From Octopus vulgaris (lineage: Eukaryota), in assembly GCA_951406725.2 (NCBI GenBank), contig OX597825.1, positions 41,850,001 through 41,914,000 of the forward strand: a DNA stretch of 64,000 nt, in the 5' to 3' direction. Shown here piece by piece: positions 39,053 to 52,037 of the stretch. A program made the position numbers and the translations under genes. How positions within the stretch are numbered: the first letter of the stretch is position 1; every line of letters starts with the position of its first letter. The notes beneath the pieces are model-generated. The model did no database searches. It had not been told where the DNA came from and saw nothing but the letters and a program-made list of their open reading frames with translations.

Positions 39053-40133
39053 CTAGCAGTATAACCCATCTTTGCCCGGGATTAAGTTATGATTATTAAG
39101 CTAATCAAGTTCTTTATTTCAAACCAAACTAAGTAATATAGACGTCAAATTTGGGCGAAATCCATTGAAATTAGTTATATATATATATATATATAATAAT
39201 GCAGGAGTGGCTGTGTGGTAAGTAGCATGCTTACCAACCACATGGTTCCGGGATCAGTCCCACTGTGTGGCACCGTGGGCAGGTGTCTTCTACTATAGCC
39301 TCGGGCCGACCAAAGCCTTGTGAGTGGATTTGGTAGATGGAAACTGAAAGAAGCCCATCGTATATATGTATATATATATATATATATGTGTGTGTGTGCG
39401 TGTATGTTTGTGTGTCTGTATTTGACCCCCTAGCATTGCTTGACAACCGATGCTGGTGTGTTTATATCCCCGTCACTTAGCAGTTCGGCAAAAGAGACCG
39501 ATAGAATAAGTACTGGGCTTACAAAGAATAAGTCCGGGAGTCGAGTTGCTCGATTAAAGGTGGTGCTTCAGCATGGCCTCAGTCAAATGACTGAAACAAG
39601 TAAAAGAGTAAAGAGTAAAAGAGTATATACATAATATAATATAAATATATATTTATATTATATATAACAATTACAATATATTTATATTTAAAATAAGTAT
39701 ATTGTAATTGTTGTGTGAGAAAGTATATATACTATGATTATAAAATATAATGTCTTTCAAAAACAAAAAGCAAAACATTTTACATTTTATTTTTATGAAC
39801 GTCATAAATTACTCTCTCTCCCTCTCTCAATTTGTCTTTCCCATGAAACTCTCTGCCTCCTTCTTCCACTTTTCTTTATCTTATTATTATTGTTTTTTGT
39901 TAGACGCTGTCAAAAAAGCTAAGGCTGATATTTTTTGTGGCTAAAAGCTATGTTTGAAAATAGATATTTACGCTGCCCACGGGTGCCTCAGGGTAAAAAT
40001 AAGTTAACAAAACCCAGAGAGGGTGTTGACAAATGTCCTAAAGTTTGAGCGACATGCGTGCTAATTTGTGGACATGCATAAATTACAATCACGTACACAC
40101 ATGCACACACATTCTCCCTTTTATAGATATAGA
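39053..40133 (-). mobile_element. Non-autonomous Helitron, copy 2 (contains nested SINE)
   Basis: A|TC 5' end at 40133, hairpin plus CTAG at 39053-39085; colinear with copy 1. Confidence 0.78.
39200..39625 (+). mobile_element. Well-preserved tRNA-derived CORE-like SINE inserted in the (TA)n tract of Helitron copy 2
   Basis: gcaggagtggctgtgtggtaag head, ggttccgggatcagtccc, intact CpGs, (gtaaaaga)n tail. Confidence 0.9.
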
Positions 40134-40448
40134 TATATATACACAAAAACGGCTGGAGATTTGCAATACTTTTCCTCAACCCCTTTAACCCCCTATTTCA
40201 TTTGTATTCTGTGTGAGTCAGACCCTTTTTGTATACTTTTATGTGGATTGCCACAATACACTCTGTAAAGTGGTTAGCACTAAGAAGGTCATCCAGCCAT
40301 AGAAACTAAGCCAAATCAGACTGGATTATGGTGCAGCTCCACAGCTTGCCAGCTCTGGTCAAACCATCCAGCCCATGCCAGTATGGACCACAGATGTTAA
40401 ATGATGCTGATGATACATATATACATACATTCACACACACACAGACAG

Positions 40449-40483
<35 letters not shown>

Positions 40484-40642
40484 TTACTGTTCTATAAAGG
40501 TAGGATTAACAAAAATGTTCTCCATACAGTGAGAGATAAATAAATCTGCCTAACCTCAGTGTCTCTATGACAATAAACTATTGTTAGCTCTTATTTTAAA
40601 TAATGTGTACATTAAATTATATATATATATATATATATATAT

Positions 40643-41016
40643 AGGTTATAAAATGAGATAGGGGTTGAAAATTCAACCCACCATGGGATAATATATATCC
40701 AATATACTGCTAGATAGGTACCCAACAAAATTAATACATAGATGTTAAAAATTGTCAAGCAATCAGTTCATCTATTGTATTAAATGGGTAAAGGTAATAA
40801 TATTACCGTAAATTAATACTACAAAATTAGAGAATGGAGAAACATACTTAAATCAGTAAAACATCAACTATCCGATGATACTCAATCCATACTTTAATAC
40901 ACCATTATATATTGCCTTTACTCATATGTAATGGTGTATTAAAGTATGGATTGAGTATCATCGGATAGTTGATGTTTTACTGATTTAAGTATGTTTCTCC
41001 ATTCTCTAATTTTGTA
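40643..41016. repeat. (TA)n-flanked element ending in a perfect 88-bp inverted repeat
   Basis: 40820-40907 is the exact reverse complement of 40929-41016 with a 21-nt spacer that itself partly pairs. Confidence 0.95.
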
Positions 41017-41284
41017 ATATATATATATATATATATATATATAAAGAGAGAGAGAGAGAGGTGGTATTGTGGGTGGCACTTTGTCTTTTATCATCCTGTG
41101 ATTTTGTGGTTTAGCAAAAAAGGATATATGTACCAGATTAAAATAAATACAAGTGTTGAATTGATTTATTAAACTCTTCAATCAGCCATAATCATTGTTG
41201 AATGACTAATCAGTACAGGAGTATAAGCATATATGCATGACAGGCTTCTGGAATTTCTGGTTACTAAGTTTTAGTCATAAAGTA

Positions 41285-41313
41285 TTCTTCTTCTTCTTCT
41301 TCTTCTTCTTCTT

Positions 41314-41344
<31 letters not shown>

Positions 41345-41440
41345 TTCTTCATCTTCTTCTTCTTCTTCTTCTTCTTCTTCTTCTTCATCACCATCATCAT
41401 CACCATCATCGTCAACATCATCATCACCATCATCATTATC
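41285..41440. repeat. (TTC)n then (ATC)n trinucleotide microsatellite
   Basis: Direct inspection; source of poly-F, poly-K and poly-E ORFs. Confidence 0.97.
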
Positions 41441-41835
41441 TGATGTCTGTTTTCCTTGGTGGCATGAGTGTGATGCCTTGACAGAAACTGGCAAGGCCAG
41501 GGGCTGCATTGCATCAGGTTTCATAGTCTATTTTGGTTTGGTTTCTATGGCTGGATGCCTTTCCTAACACCAACCACTTTACAGCATGGACTGGGTGCTT
41601 TATACATGACACCAGTGCTTTTTTTCATGTCACCGGCACCCACACCAATGCCTTTTAAGTGGTACCTTGGTATTAGGATCTCAGTTCTGTAGTGATGGGC
41701 ATGTCTTCTTGAGTACTGCAATATGCCAGCATTTTGAGATCAGCCTTCACTACTTTGCCTCATGTCTTTCTGGGTCTCCTTCTTCCACACCTTCTTTCCA
41801 CTTTAAGTGATCAGCACTTCTTTATGTAACTATCA
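41440..41835 (-). mobile_element. RTE LINE 3' end
   Basis: 3' UTR motif ggctggatgcctttcctaacaccaaccac plus ORF2 terminal relic similar to 20440-20530. Confidence 0.75.
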
Positions 41836-42913
41836 TCATTAATCATAATGTTTAGTCTCTAATACTCCTGAGTACAAATGTTAGATATGTCAACTCTTCC
41901 TTCTATCACATAATAGAAGAAGGAAATTTATGTGGTTTACAATTAAATATCACCTCATCACAAGAGGAATTAGAGTCTAGTCATAAAATATCTTAATATT
42001 AAAACAGAGTTTGTTTAAGTTCACACTAAATGTGTGATATGTGTGTGTGTATTAGTGTGGTGTGGGTGTGTATAAGCCTGTGCAAGTATCTGTGTATATG
42101 CCAGTGCCATGATATACCTCTATATCATGTGCCAGTATCTCCATACATTCCATATCTCTGAATTTTGGTGTGTGTATGAATATATTGATGTGTATATGTT
42201 TGTATATATATAATATTTCCATATAGGGAATATGATAGTGTATAGTTACCTGCATCATGCGTGTATGTGTGTGAATGTGTGTATGAATATGTGTGTGTGT
42301 GTGTGTGTGTTATAATTTCATTGATTAAAAATTATTAGTTTTTCTTCTTGTGTGAACGAATAGCCATTATAACAACAGGTGGTGAATACTGTTCGTATTG
42401 AAAAGCAGGAATTTGTCAGAGAAATTTCCTGATTACACAATTTTCCTAGTTAACTGAGTAATTAAATTTTGCATTTGTCTAATCCAATTATAGAAAGTGG
42501 CCAGCTAAATTGACTTTTTCTGAATATCTGAAGTTGCTACATCATTGCCACATTTTGAACTATTTAGGGATTATGCCTTAGTCAATATGCTACCACCAAT
42601 TTAAATGCACTGAAGCTTAAAAGTAAACCAATGAAAGCAATTTGATACACTTCAGTAGCTCAACTGGAGAGTGAAAATATAATTGAATCATATCACAAGA
42701 AGAGTTAACTTCTCAATATATCATTGATAGTTAACAAGAGTAAAACAAAGGGCTGTGGTAGCTCAGTGAGTAAAGTATTATCAGTTCATTTTAAAAGACA
42801 GAAACAGTTTGTTTCTTGGTGATAGTTTTAAGTTCCTTGATGTGCAAGATATAGAAGACATCTCCTGACATAGTTTTCTTTAAAAAAAGAGCCAATGAAT
42901 AGAAAGAATGAGG

Positions 42914-42952
<39 letters not shown>

Positions 42953-43980
42953 AGAGAGATGGAGAGAGTGAAGGAGAGAGATGGAGAGAGAGATGGAGAG
43001 AGTGAAGGAGAGAGAGAAGGAGAGAGAGTGGGATGGAAAATAAATGACAGATGAGAGAGGAGGTTAGGCAAATCTAAGTTATCTTCTGGGGAATGTTGAG
43101 GAATTTAGCAAGCTAGGATGCTGTGTTCAAGATCTTTCTTCTTTCTCAATAGAATGAAAAATTGAAGAAGATGCAGAGCTACAGAATTGTACACTATTTT
43201 CAACAAACACCACCACCACCACCACCACTGCTTTCATCATCATCAGTCATCATCATAATGCTCAATTTGCAAATCTCCAAAAGAGTCACCTTGTGTTTCT
43301 GTATGTACATGAATATATACCTGTCTTTTTATGCATAACATATCTATCTTCATGCATGTGTGAGTGAATGTATGTGTGCTTGAGTGAATAGGTCTGTACT
43401 TGATTTTGTATGCGTGTGATTGCAAATCAGAATCCCAGTCATCATTACTATTCTATATCACGTTACACTGTTTAATGTCTCCATTACCAACAAGGAGGTG
43501 TCTTAATTTAATATCAAGTGAAATAAGACTGCACATAACATGACATGTTTGGTCCTGGACCCTTAGGGGAAAGTAGAATCATTTACCTTCACTGAAGAGT
43601 GTTTGGAAATTTAATCATTTTTATCTGTCTCTCCATAACTGTTTATATATTTTACTCTAAGCCAGCATGAGAGTCTCTGTCTGGTTAATCAACTTGCTAG
43701 AAATGGCAACCAAATCTTTACAAAATCATTCTGCCATTTTATATAAAAGATGGACACAATGGATTAAGTTGACTTATCTGTATTGATGCTTAGGCAAAAA
43801 TGCAATGAACATAACTGCAAAGAATTTGATCTCAAGTTGCTTAATCAGGAATTTACTCAAGTCAAGGTAAAGAGTTAAAAAGTAGAATGGCTTTCAGATG
43901 ATCTCCCAAAACAAGTTGATGGAAGCTTTTGAGAGTGGCAAAGCATTCAAAAGGGAATGCTTAATATTTAATACTGAGTA

Positions 43981-44197
43981 GGTTGGCAAACTAGCAGAAT
44001 CCTTAGCATGCAGGGCGAAATGTTTAGTGGCATTTCGTCCATCTGTATGTTCTGAGCATAAATTCCACCACTGAGGTCGACTTTATCTTTCATCCTTTCA
44101 GGGTAAATAAAATAAGTATCAGTTGAGTACTGGAGTCAATGTAATCGACTTACTCCTGTTTGCGAAACTCGCTGGCCTTGTGCCGAAATTTGAAATC
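43981..44197 (+). mobile_element. Nin/Deu-core SINE with 18-bp flanking direct repeat (TSD)
   Basis: aatatttaatactgagta at 43963-43980 and 44198-44215. Confidence 0.9.
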
Positions 44198-44319
44198 AAT
44201 ATTTAATACTGAGTATTTGGTAAGAAGATAGGTAGAGCTCAAGTGCAGTACATTTGCTGTAAATCGTAAAATTGCTGTAGAATTTTACAAACATACATCC
44301 TTGGAAACAAATAGTTTTA

Positions 44320-44546
44320 GGCGAGCTGGCAGAAATGTTGGCATGCCGGGCGAGATGCTTAGCAGTATTTCATCTGCTGCTATGTTCTGAGTTCAAATTC
44401 CATCGAGGACGACTTTGACTTTCATCCCTTCGGGGTCGATTAAATAAGTAACAGTTATGCACTGGGGTCGATATAATCGACTTAATATGTTTGTCTGTCC
44501 TTGTTTGTCCCCTCTGTGTTTAGCCCCTTTGGGGTAGTAAAGAAAT
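44320..44546 (+). mobile_element. Nin/Deu-core SINE with a different 3' tail and 15-bp TSD
   Basis: aacaaatagttttag at 44306-44320 and 44547-44561; core ctttcatcccttcggggtcgattaaataagta. Confidence 0.9.
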
Positions 44547-44588
44547 AACAAATAGTTTTAGTTAGAGAGACAGAGAAACAGGTATCTT

Positions 44589-45232
44589 ACAGAAGATGCA
44601 AATGAAGAAGACTGGATGCATGGTGGTGACACTCGTTTACAACCATTATGCAATGTCAAAGCAAAGAAACAGTAACACACACTTATTTCAGTTTCCATTT
44701 ACCAAATTCATTCACAAAGCTTTGCTTAACCTGGGGCTATGGAAGATACATGACCAAGATCTCACACCATCGGGCTGAGCCAGGAACCAAGTGGTTGAGA
44801 AACAAATTTTTTACCCCACAACCACACCAGCATATATATCAATATATCATTATCAGTGTTTCAACATCCACTTTTCCAACCCCAGAAGGAATTTGTTAAG
44901 GTGGATTTTCTATAAGATGTCATTTCTTTCACCAACCTTCACTTATTTCCAAGTAAGGTGATGCTTTCATTCAACCAGACACATTTCCACAGAAGATGCA
45001 AATGAAGAAGACTGGATGCATGGTGGTGACACTCGTTTACAACCATTATGCAATGTCAAAGCAAAGAAACAGTAACACACACTTATTTCAGTTTCCATTT
45101 ACCAAATTCATTCACAAAGCTTTGCTTAACCTGGGGCTATGGAAGATACATGACCAAGATCTCACACCATCGGGCTGAGCCAGGAACCAAGTGGTTGAGA
45201 AACAAATTTTTTACCCCACAACCACACCAGCA
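44589..45232. repeat. Identical 244-bp direct duplication at 400-bp spacing (degenerate SINE sequence)
   Basis: 44589-44832 equals 44989-45232; ORF-track translations identical. Confidence 0.93.
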
Positions 45233-45244
45233 CCTATATATATA

Positions 45245-45278
<34 letters not shown>

Positions 45279-45469
45279 TTGTATGAAATAATTTAGTTAC
45301 AAGAAAATGTCTGGAAGGTAGTTGGTAGTAGGGCACAACAAGAAAACTGCTAGAAGGAAAGCTAGGCATCAGGCATACTTGGTATTTAGAGAAGATGAAA
45401 AAAAGAAAATTATGCATGTTCCATGAGAGAAGGATTAAAGGCATAGAGTGTTCCAGATTGTAAGACAGT

Positions 45470-46265
45470 GAGTTAAAAAGAACTAAGATGTCACTGGAGA
45501 AAGGTGTAAATGAAATGATGGAGGGGCACTTTCTATTGCTGCTGATGACAAGAAAGCTGCATAGAAATGCTTCTATGAGAGCTTGTTGAATGAAGAAAAT
45601 TAGGGGATAAAAATGGGTAATTTCTTTCTGACCCTACTGAAGAGTCAGAACTTCTAATAGCAACACTGTTGTAGACAGAGCAATTAAGGAAATGAAGGTA
45701 GGAAAATCTATTTGTCCTACAGGATCATAATTGAGAAGCTGAAAATGTCTGGTTAAGTAGAACATATCTTAATTATTGGAAAAACTAATCAAGTAATGCA
45801 GGAAGATGTCATACCCCATGACAGGCATAACATTACCATTATAAACTGTTACAAATGCAAACTAGATGTTTTAGAGGAAGGCAATTACAAGTTGTCAGAC
45901 AAGGCTATGAAAGTGATGGAGAAACTCACAGTTCAACTGATCAGGAATACATTTAATCTTGACAAAATGCTGTTTTGTTTTGTCCTTTGGAGGGGTGTCG
46001 CAAATGCAGTCTTCATAAAAAAGACAACTATGGGGGAAACACTTAGTGAAGAGTCAATCACTATGCTGAACCTTCATTGACCCGATGAAAGTCTTTGGCT
46101 AAAAACTATCTGTAATCTGGTGATCACTAAGGAAACTAGGTGTACGTGGATGGTTTGCCGAGGGTTGTACAAGCAGTGTAAAATGATGCAATAAGTAAAG
46201 TAACAGGTAACGAGGAGATCTGCAATGAATTTAACATGAAGGTAGAGATCCATCAAAGTTCACAT
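45470..46265 (+). mobile_element. RTE LINE RT N-terminal fragment
   Basis: AIKEMKVGKSICPTG, VIPHD..IINCYKCKLDVLEEGNY, AMKVMEK, LDKMLFCFVLWRG. Confidence 0.8.
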
Positions 46266-46269
46266 CTCA

Positions 46270-46570
46270 AGCAGGTTTATTTTTCAACATAGACCCCCTT
46301 GTGGTCTACATAATCCTTCCATCGATGTTGCTGTGCTTAAATCCCATTAGTGAAAAATTTTTCATCTTGCTGATCAAAAATCACCACCAGGAATCACTGC
46401 AATACTGGTTCCTAACCAAATGTTCTTTCATGTGGGGGAACAGCTAGTGAGATGCAGCTAAATGAGGAGAATATGAAGGTGATCAACCGGTTTAAAGCCA
46501 CAGTTACACACAGCTGCCATTGAAAACCAGGACTTGTGTGCTAAAGCATTCTCCCCATGAAACATGAATT
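46270..46570 (-). mobile_element. Mariner 3'-end fragment
   Basis: Minus strand ..HRWKDYVDHKGVYVEK* terminal motif. Confidence 0.6.
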
Positions 46571-47365
46571 CCATAGGGAATAGACAGCTGGAGATATAAA
46601 GATTAAACAAAGAGATAGTTTTGAACAACAGTTGTTTTCAAATTGAGTTAAAAGATCAAAAGACCTCCAAATACATTCTCTCAATAAACTGCACTGAAAC
46701 TAAAACAGTAGTCATGCCTACATAGAGGCACATACATATAGGCATTTACATACTAAAAAATATGCAGCCACATCTACACAGGTGTATATTCATACATCCA
46801 CGAACAGACATACATACCACACAGCGACATTAGTATACACACAAACATATGCATATAGATGTACTTCAGTATGAACACATATAAATAGCTAAATTCATAC
46901 TGAAACATACATACATATACACAATATGACTATAAAAACACAGACAAGTAAATGTACAAATATGACTACATACACATATCTACCTAAAGACACATATACA
47001 TACATATAGGCATATACATATACACACACACATACACTACTATATAGACACATGGTCAGATACCTATATAAGCAAATTCAGTTGCACATGCACATCCATA
47101 CACAAAAATATGCATATATACATGCATACACACACTTGTATACTCACATATGTATATAGATTATACATATACATGAACATAAATCATAACAACATACATC
47201 AATATAAATGCAAACACACTGCCGATTATTATACAAATTTATATATACATCCATACATTTTAACAGATATAGATACATATATGCATATATACATACATAT
47301 TAGAATAAAGGTATGTATATACACACATGTATACTTATAGGCAAACATATAGGTACAAATATATA

Positions 47366-48635
47366 TTGGGTTCCCACTGTTTTTTTAAATTTAAATTTTT
47401 TAGAAGGTTTAATAAAAAATAGCAACTAATTAATCAATGATATTTTCAGCCTTGTTTACAACTTCTTCCCAATGTTCAACAAGATTTTCAACACCTCGTT
47501 GGTAGAAATCCCCCGATTTCAACTCGAAAAATTGATCCAACAAAGCTTTCAATTCTGCATCAATATTGAACAAAACTCAATGCATAGCATTTGAAAGAGA
47601 TCGAAAGAGGTGGAAATCCGTTGGTGCCAAATCAGGAGAGTATGGTGGGTGGGGCAGCACTTCCCAGCCATGCATTTGAATGGCTTCCTTGGTTATACTG
47701 GTGAAATGAGGGTGGGTGTTGTCTGGCAGCAGAAGAACTCCATGCTGCCGATGAGGTCTTTTCTCCTGAATAGCTGTGTTGAGTCATTCCATCTGTTGAA
47801 CATAGTATTCTGAGTTGACCATTTGGTTCTGTTCCAGCAATTCATAATGGATAATCCCTTCCCAGTCCCACCAATATGCACAACATCATTTTACACAGAT
47901 AAAGATCTTGTTTCATGGACGGTTTCGCTTGTTTACCGGGGCTCAGCCATTCCTTATGCTGCTTCATATTGATGTACAGGCACCATTTTTCATTGCCAGT
48001 GATGATTCGGTAAAGAAATCGTTGCTTGAGTTGAGTGGTGATGAGTAAGCAAACCAGCGGAGATTGTGGCACGTTGATTTTTGTTGTTGTCACTTAAAGC
48101 ATGCAGAACCCATGCTCCATACTTCGGAACCTTTCCCATCAAGTGAAGATACTTCTCCACAGCAGAGTGGGAGCATTCCATTTTCTCTGCCAGTTCCCTT
48201 GTTGTTTGACAAGAATTTTTGTGTGAAAGTTAGTTTAATCGCTCTTCATCAAACTCAACTGGATGACCAGAACGATGTGCGTCTTTGAGGTCAAAATTTC
48301 CATTTTTGAACTTGGCATACTAATCATGAGTGGTTCTTTCAGCTATGGCACCCTCTACATACACAGCACAACTGTTGTGAGCAGCTTTTGCAGACTTAGA
48401 ACCTTGATTAAAAGCAAAAAGACGGAGATGTCGAAAATGCTTGTTTTTCTTAACTTGGCGTTCCATTTTAATTATCTGAAAATAAACAAAAATTAACTAA
48501 AATTAACTAGGAAAAACAAAATAGATTCCAAAATGATTCACAAATAGAATTCTTGAAAAAAATAGATTCCAAAATTTAAAAACGCAATAAATTCCGATAT
48601 TTTAAAAAACGACGGGAACTTAGTTGCGAACCCAA
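47366..48635 (-). mobile_element. Near full-length (about 1.27 kb) mariner element, transposase inactivated
   Basis: TA-flanked TIR ends ttgggttc../..gaacccaa; MERQVKKNKHFRHL start near 48465; WVLHAL, IITGNEKW, PYSPDLAPTDFHLFRSL. Confidence 0.93.
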
Positions 48636-48789
48636 TACATGCACATATCAATATCTTAATATAACAAGTATTTATACAGGTTCATATATGAGCATATGGA
48701 TATAAATGCTATAAAGTAAACACTTCAATTAGATTGAATCTGCTAAACTTGATTATAAGAGCAAATTTAATTATGTATATTAATAAAAA

Positions 48790-49545
48790 TGAAATGAGGT
48801 CTAAAATAGATGCAAACAAAAGTACATATGTTTGAAGGTGTAGAATAACAGTATCATGCAGCCATTATAGGGTAGCAACTTCAATATACAAGAGATGGTT
48901 CAGGCATTAAATATAATAGAATGTTATTTGTCAACAGATGTAAAGTATCTTACAAATAGCAGAATGTCTAGATATGGTCTAGTACATTATCTGTTACTAA
49001 GGTGAGACCAAATTACAGTTAACCAAAATAACGAGTTGTTCATTTGTATTGATGTAGGTTAAACTTTATTAGAGTAGGTTTAATAATTAAGTGTTAGATT
49101 AGGTACAGTTGGCCTATAGGAACTATTTATATAAGGTGCTAGCATCAGTGGGAAATAACTATTTTTGCAGACAGCAGAATGTTTGAACATGGTCTTATAC
49201 TTTATATTTAAGGTGAAAATAAATTAAGGTCTCCCTTAAATCATATAGCTTAATACATTATTAATTAAGGTAAGACTAAATTATGGCCAGCCAAAGTAAG
49301 GAATTAGCAAGTATAGATGGTGTTAATGGGTTATATGTATTCTTACAAACAGCAGAATGTCTGGATGTAGTCCACTACATCACCTATTATTAAGGTGGGA
49401 CAACATTATGGGTAATCAAAGTAGGGAATTTATTCAATAACATTGGTCTAAACTATAAAACATTTTAGTATAGGTATAATAATTAAGTATAAGGCTAGGT
49501 ATAGTTAGAATGTAGGAATGAGTTATATCTAAAGTGCTTGTGTCT
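48790..49545. repeat. Degenerate tandem repeat (about 200-bp subunits, about 400-bp higher period)
   Basis: (c/t)agcagaatgt..ggtc..taaggtg recurs at about 48955, 49170 and 49350; taggta(c/t)agtt..taggaa at about 49100 and 49496. Confidence 0.6.
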
Positions 49546-50037
49546 TACAATCAATTCATCATGCTTATTAATAATATTCAATTTAATTTCATTAATATTG
49601 AATACCTCAGCTATACAGATCCCATACCAACCTATGCCACCATCTTCATCTGCATTGATTTTTAAATGTACAATCATATTGTACAGTGCATAGCATGCAT
49701 ATTGGTGCAGACATGTAAAATAATGAGTTATATTCTGAAATTAGTATTACATGACAAGGGCTGTGAAACAGCTATAATCATCATGATAACAAATGGTTAA
49801 ATGAATATATTCACCACTCATTATCTCCTGACCGTTTATGGTCTATATACACCTCATAAAATAATTCCATTGATTGGATCTCCTGAATATCAGCTGCATA
49901 GAACTCTGAATTATACTTCTCCCTGTTGGATTACTGTGTGGTATTATAGCCAGATCCTCTAGAAGATCTTTCTGTGATAGCCACATGACTATGAATCCAT
50001 ACAGTGCACAACAAATGTATGTATGTATACATATATA

Positions 50038-51360
50038 GGGAGAGTCCATGAAAAAACAAAAGACGAAGACAGGTGGTGTACAAAACAAACAGATGTATAA
50101 GTATAACGCTCAGGAATTGAAAAAGTCTTTTACATTTTGAGCCTACGCTCTTCTAGAGAAAGGGACACAGAAAAAAACAAGGAGAGAAAAAAATGTGTGT
50201 AGTGGCTACTGATCTATCAGGGCGACTGCCGGACAGAAGGGTCACACAGGAGAGAGAAGAAGTAGGGAAGATAACAAAGTAAAGATAACCCCCAAAACAA
50301 AGGTACATGTGTGTATAAGAGAGTACGTATGTGCGTGTGAAAGAGGTCTGGTGGTCTTGATGTGTGTGTGTATGTGTAGGTGTGGAAATGTGGAGATGGG
50401 AATTGGTCAATGCTGGTGTGTGGGTGGTGTGTTGTGATGCGATGTGTTGTGTGGTATGGTGTAGTGCAGTGTGGTGTGATGTTGTTGGGAGGTGGAGGAG
50501 GCGAGAGTGGAGAAAGCAAGGTGGGGTGTGGGTTAGGCTGAGGGTTGGGTAGAGTTGGGGTAGTGGTGGGGTTTTTGGGTAGGCAGAGGGTAGGCGTAGA
50601 GATGGGGTATTGGGAGAGGGTGTAAGGGATGGGATGGGGTGATGGGAAGGATAGGGAAGGTGGCGTAGGAATGTGTAGGGTTGGGGTGGGCTTATGGGGG
50701 AGGGTTGACGATGAAGGGGAAAGGGGAAGGTGGGTATGTGAGAAGAGAGAAAGTTAGAAAGAGAAGAGAGAAAGCGAGTAAGAGAGAAGAGAGAAAGAAA
50801 GTAAGAGAGAAGAGAGAAAGAGAGTAGGGGTGAAGAGAAGTAGGATTCGGGCAAGAGAGGAGAGGTGGGTGGGAGGAAGTAGAAGTGAGGGGGAGAAAGG
50901 CAAGGGGAGGAGGTTAGATGGAGAGGGGAGGAGAGTTGAGCCCAAATCGCATAAAGGAGCGAAGAGAGTAGATTAATCCCTGTCCACGGCGCAAACAGGA
51001 GTCAGGGTGGCCTCTGTGCAAGGACAATTTGAACATGGACAAGTGTTGCAAAGAGTGACTGGTAGAGCGGAAATGACGTGAGACCGGGGTGTCATTGCCG
51101 AGGCGGATGTCTCAGAGGTGTTCTGCGAACTGGTCAGCCAAGCAGCTTCCCGTTTGTCCAATGTACAGAGAATGGCAGAGAGAGCAGGAGATGATATTGG
51201 TAGAGGTGCAGGTGAAGGAGTCGGTGATGTGATAGGGTCGATGATGGGTGCCAGTGAGGAGGGTGGTGTTAGAGAGGTAAGGGCAAGTGCAGTAGTGTGG
51301 GCAGGAGCAAGGGAATGAGCCAGGTTGGGAGGTAGGGTTGGGGAAGAAGCTGTGGACCAT
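50038..51360 (-). mobile_element. Penelope-like retroelement 3' part: GIY-YIG domain, pyrimidine-rich spacer and pLTR with decayed hammerhead
   Basis: FTCTSTNIISCSLCHSLYIGQTGSCLADQFAEHLRDIR..PVSRHF..GLN; cttt-CTCTAGA-A-GAGC/GCTC-AAAATGTA-aaag at 50127-50161; ends at (TA)n. Confidence 0.9.
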
Positions 51361-51361
51361 A

Positions 51362-51790
51362 TATATCTTTTATCTTTTACTGGTTTCAGTCATTTGACTG
51401 TGGCCATGCTAGGGCACTACCTTGAAGGGTTTTAGTCGAATGAATCAACCTTATGACTTATTTTTTTTAAACCTGGCACTTATTCTATTTGGTCTCTTTT
51501 GCCAAACTGCTAAGTTACAAGGACATAAACACACCAACACCAGTTGTCAAGCAATGGTGGGGGACAAACAGACATAAAGACACACACACATACACATATA
51601 TATATATATATGTGTGTGTGTGTGTATACACACAACAGGCTTCTTTTGGTCCCCATCAACCAAACCATTCACAAGACTTTGATGTCAGCCCAAGGCTAGT
51701 ATAGAAGACATTTGTCCAAGGCTCCATGCAGTGGGACTCAATCCAGAACCTTGTGATTGGTAAGCAAGCTTCTTACCATACAGCCACATA
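51362..51790 (-). mobile_element. CORE-like SINE
   Basis: Reverse complement colinear with 39200-39625. Confidence 0.85.
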
Positions 51791-51990
51791 TACATATTAT
51801 TTTAAGTTTATCTCTGCAAATTTTCTATCAAGTACAAGAGCAAGCACTGAACTCTAAACCGTATTGAAAATCTGTTGAGATAAATGTAAAAATGAAAACA
51901 TGCCAACATCAGTTGTCAAGTGATGATCACAAACTCAGACACAAAGTGGGGACATACACAGATACAAAGCCACACACATTCACACAAATA

Positions 51991-52031
<41 letters not shown>

Positions 52032-52037
<6 letters not shown>

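Noticed and set aside
48790-49545. Repeat-spacer pattern as a CRISPR array
   Set aside because: Eukaryotic context, long degenerate units, no constant short repeat and no cas genes.
50153-50945. 233-aa Pro/Leu/Ser-rich ORF
   Set aside because: Pyrimidine-rich low-complexity spacer of the Penelope element; no domain features.
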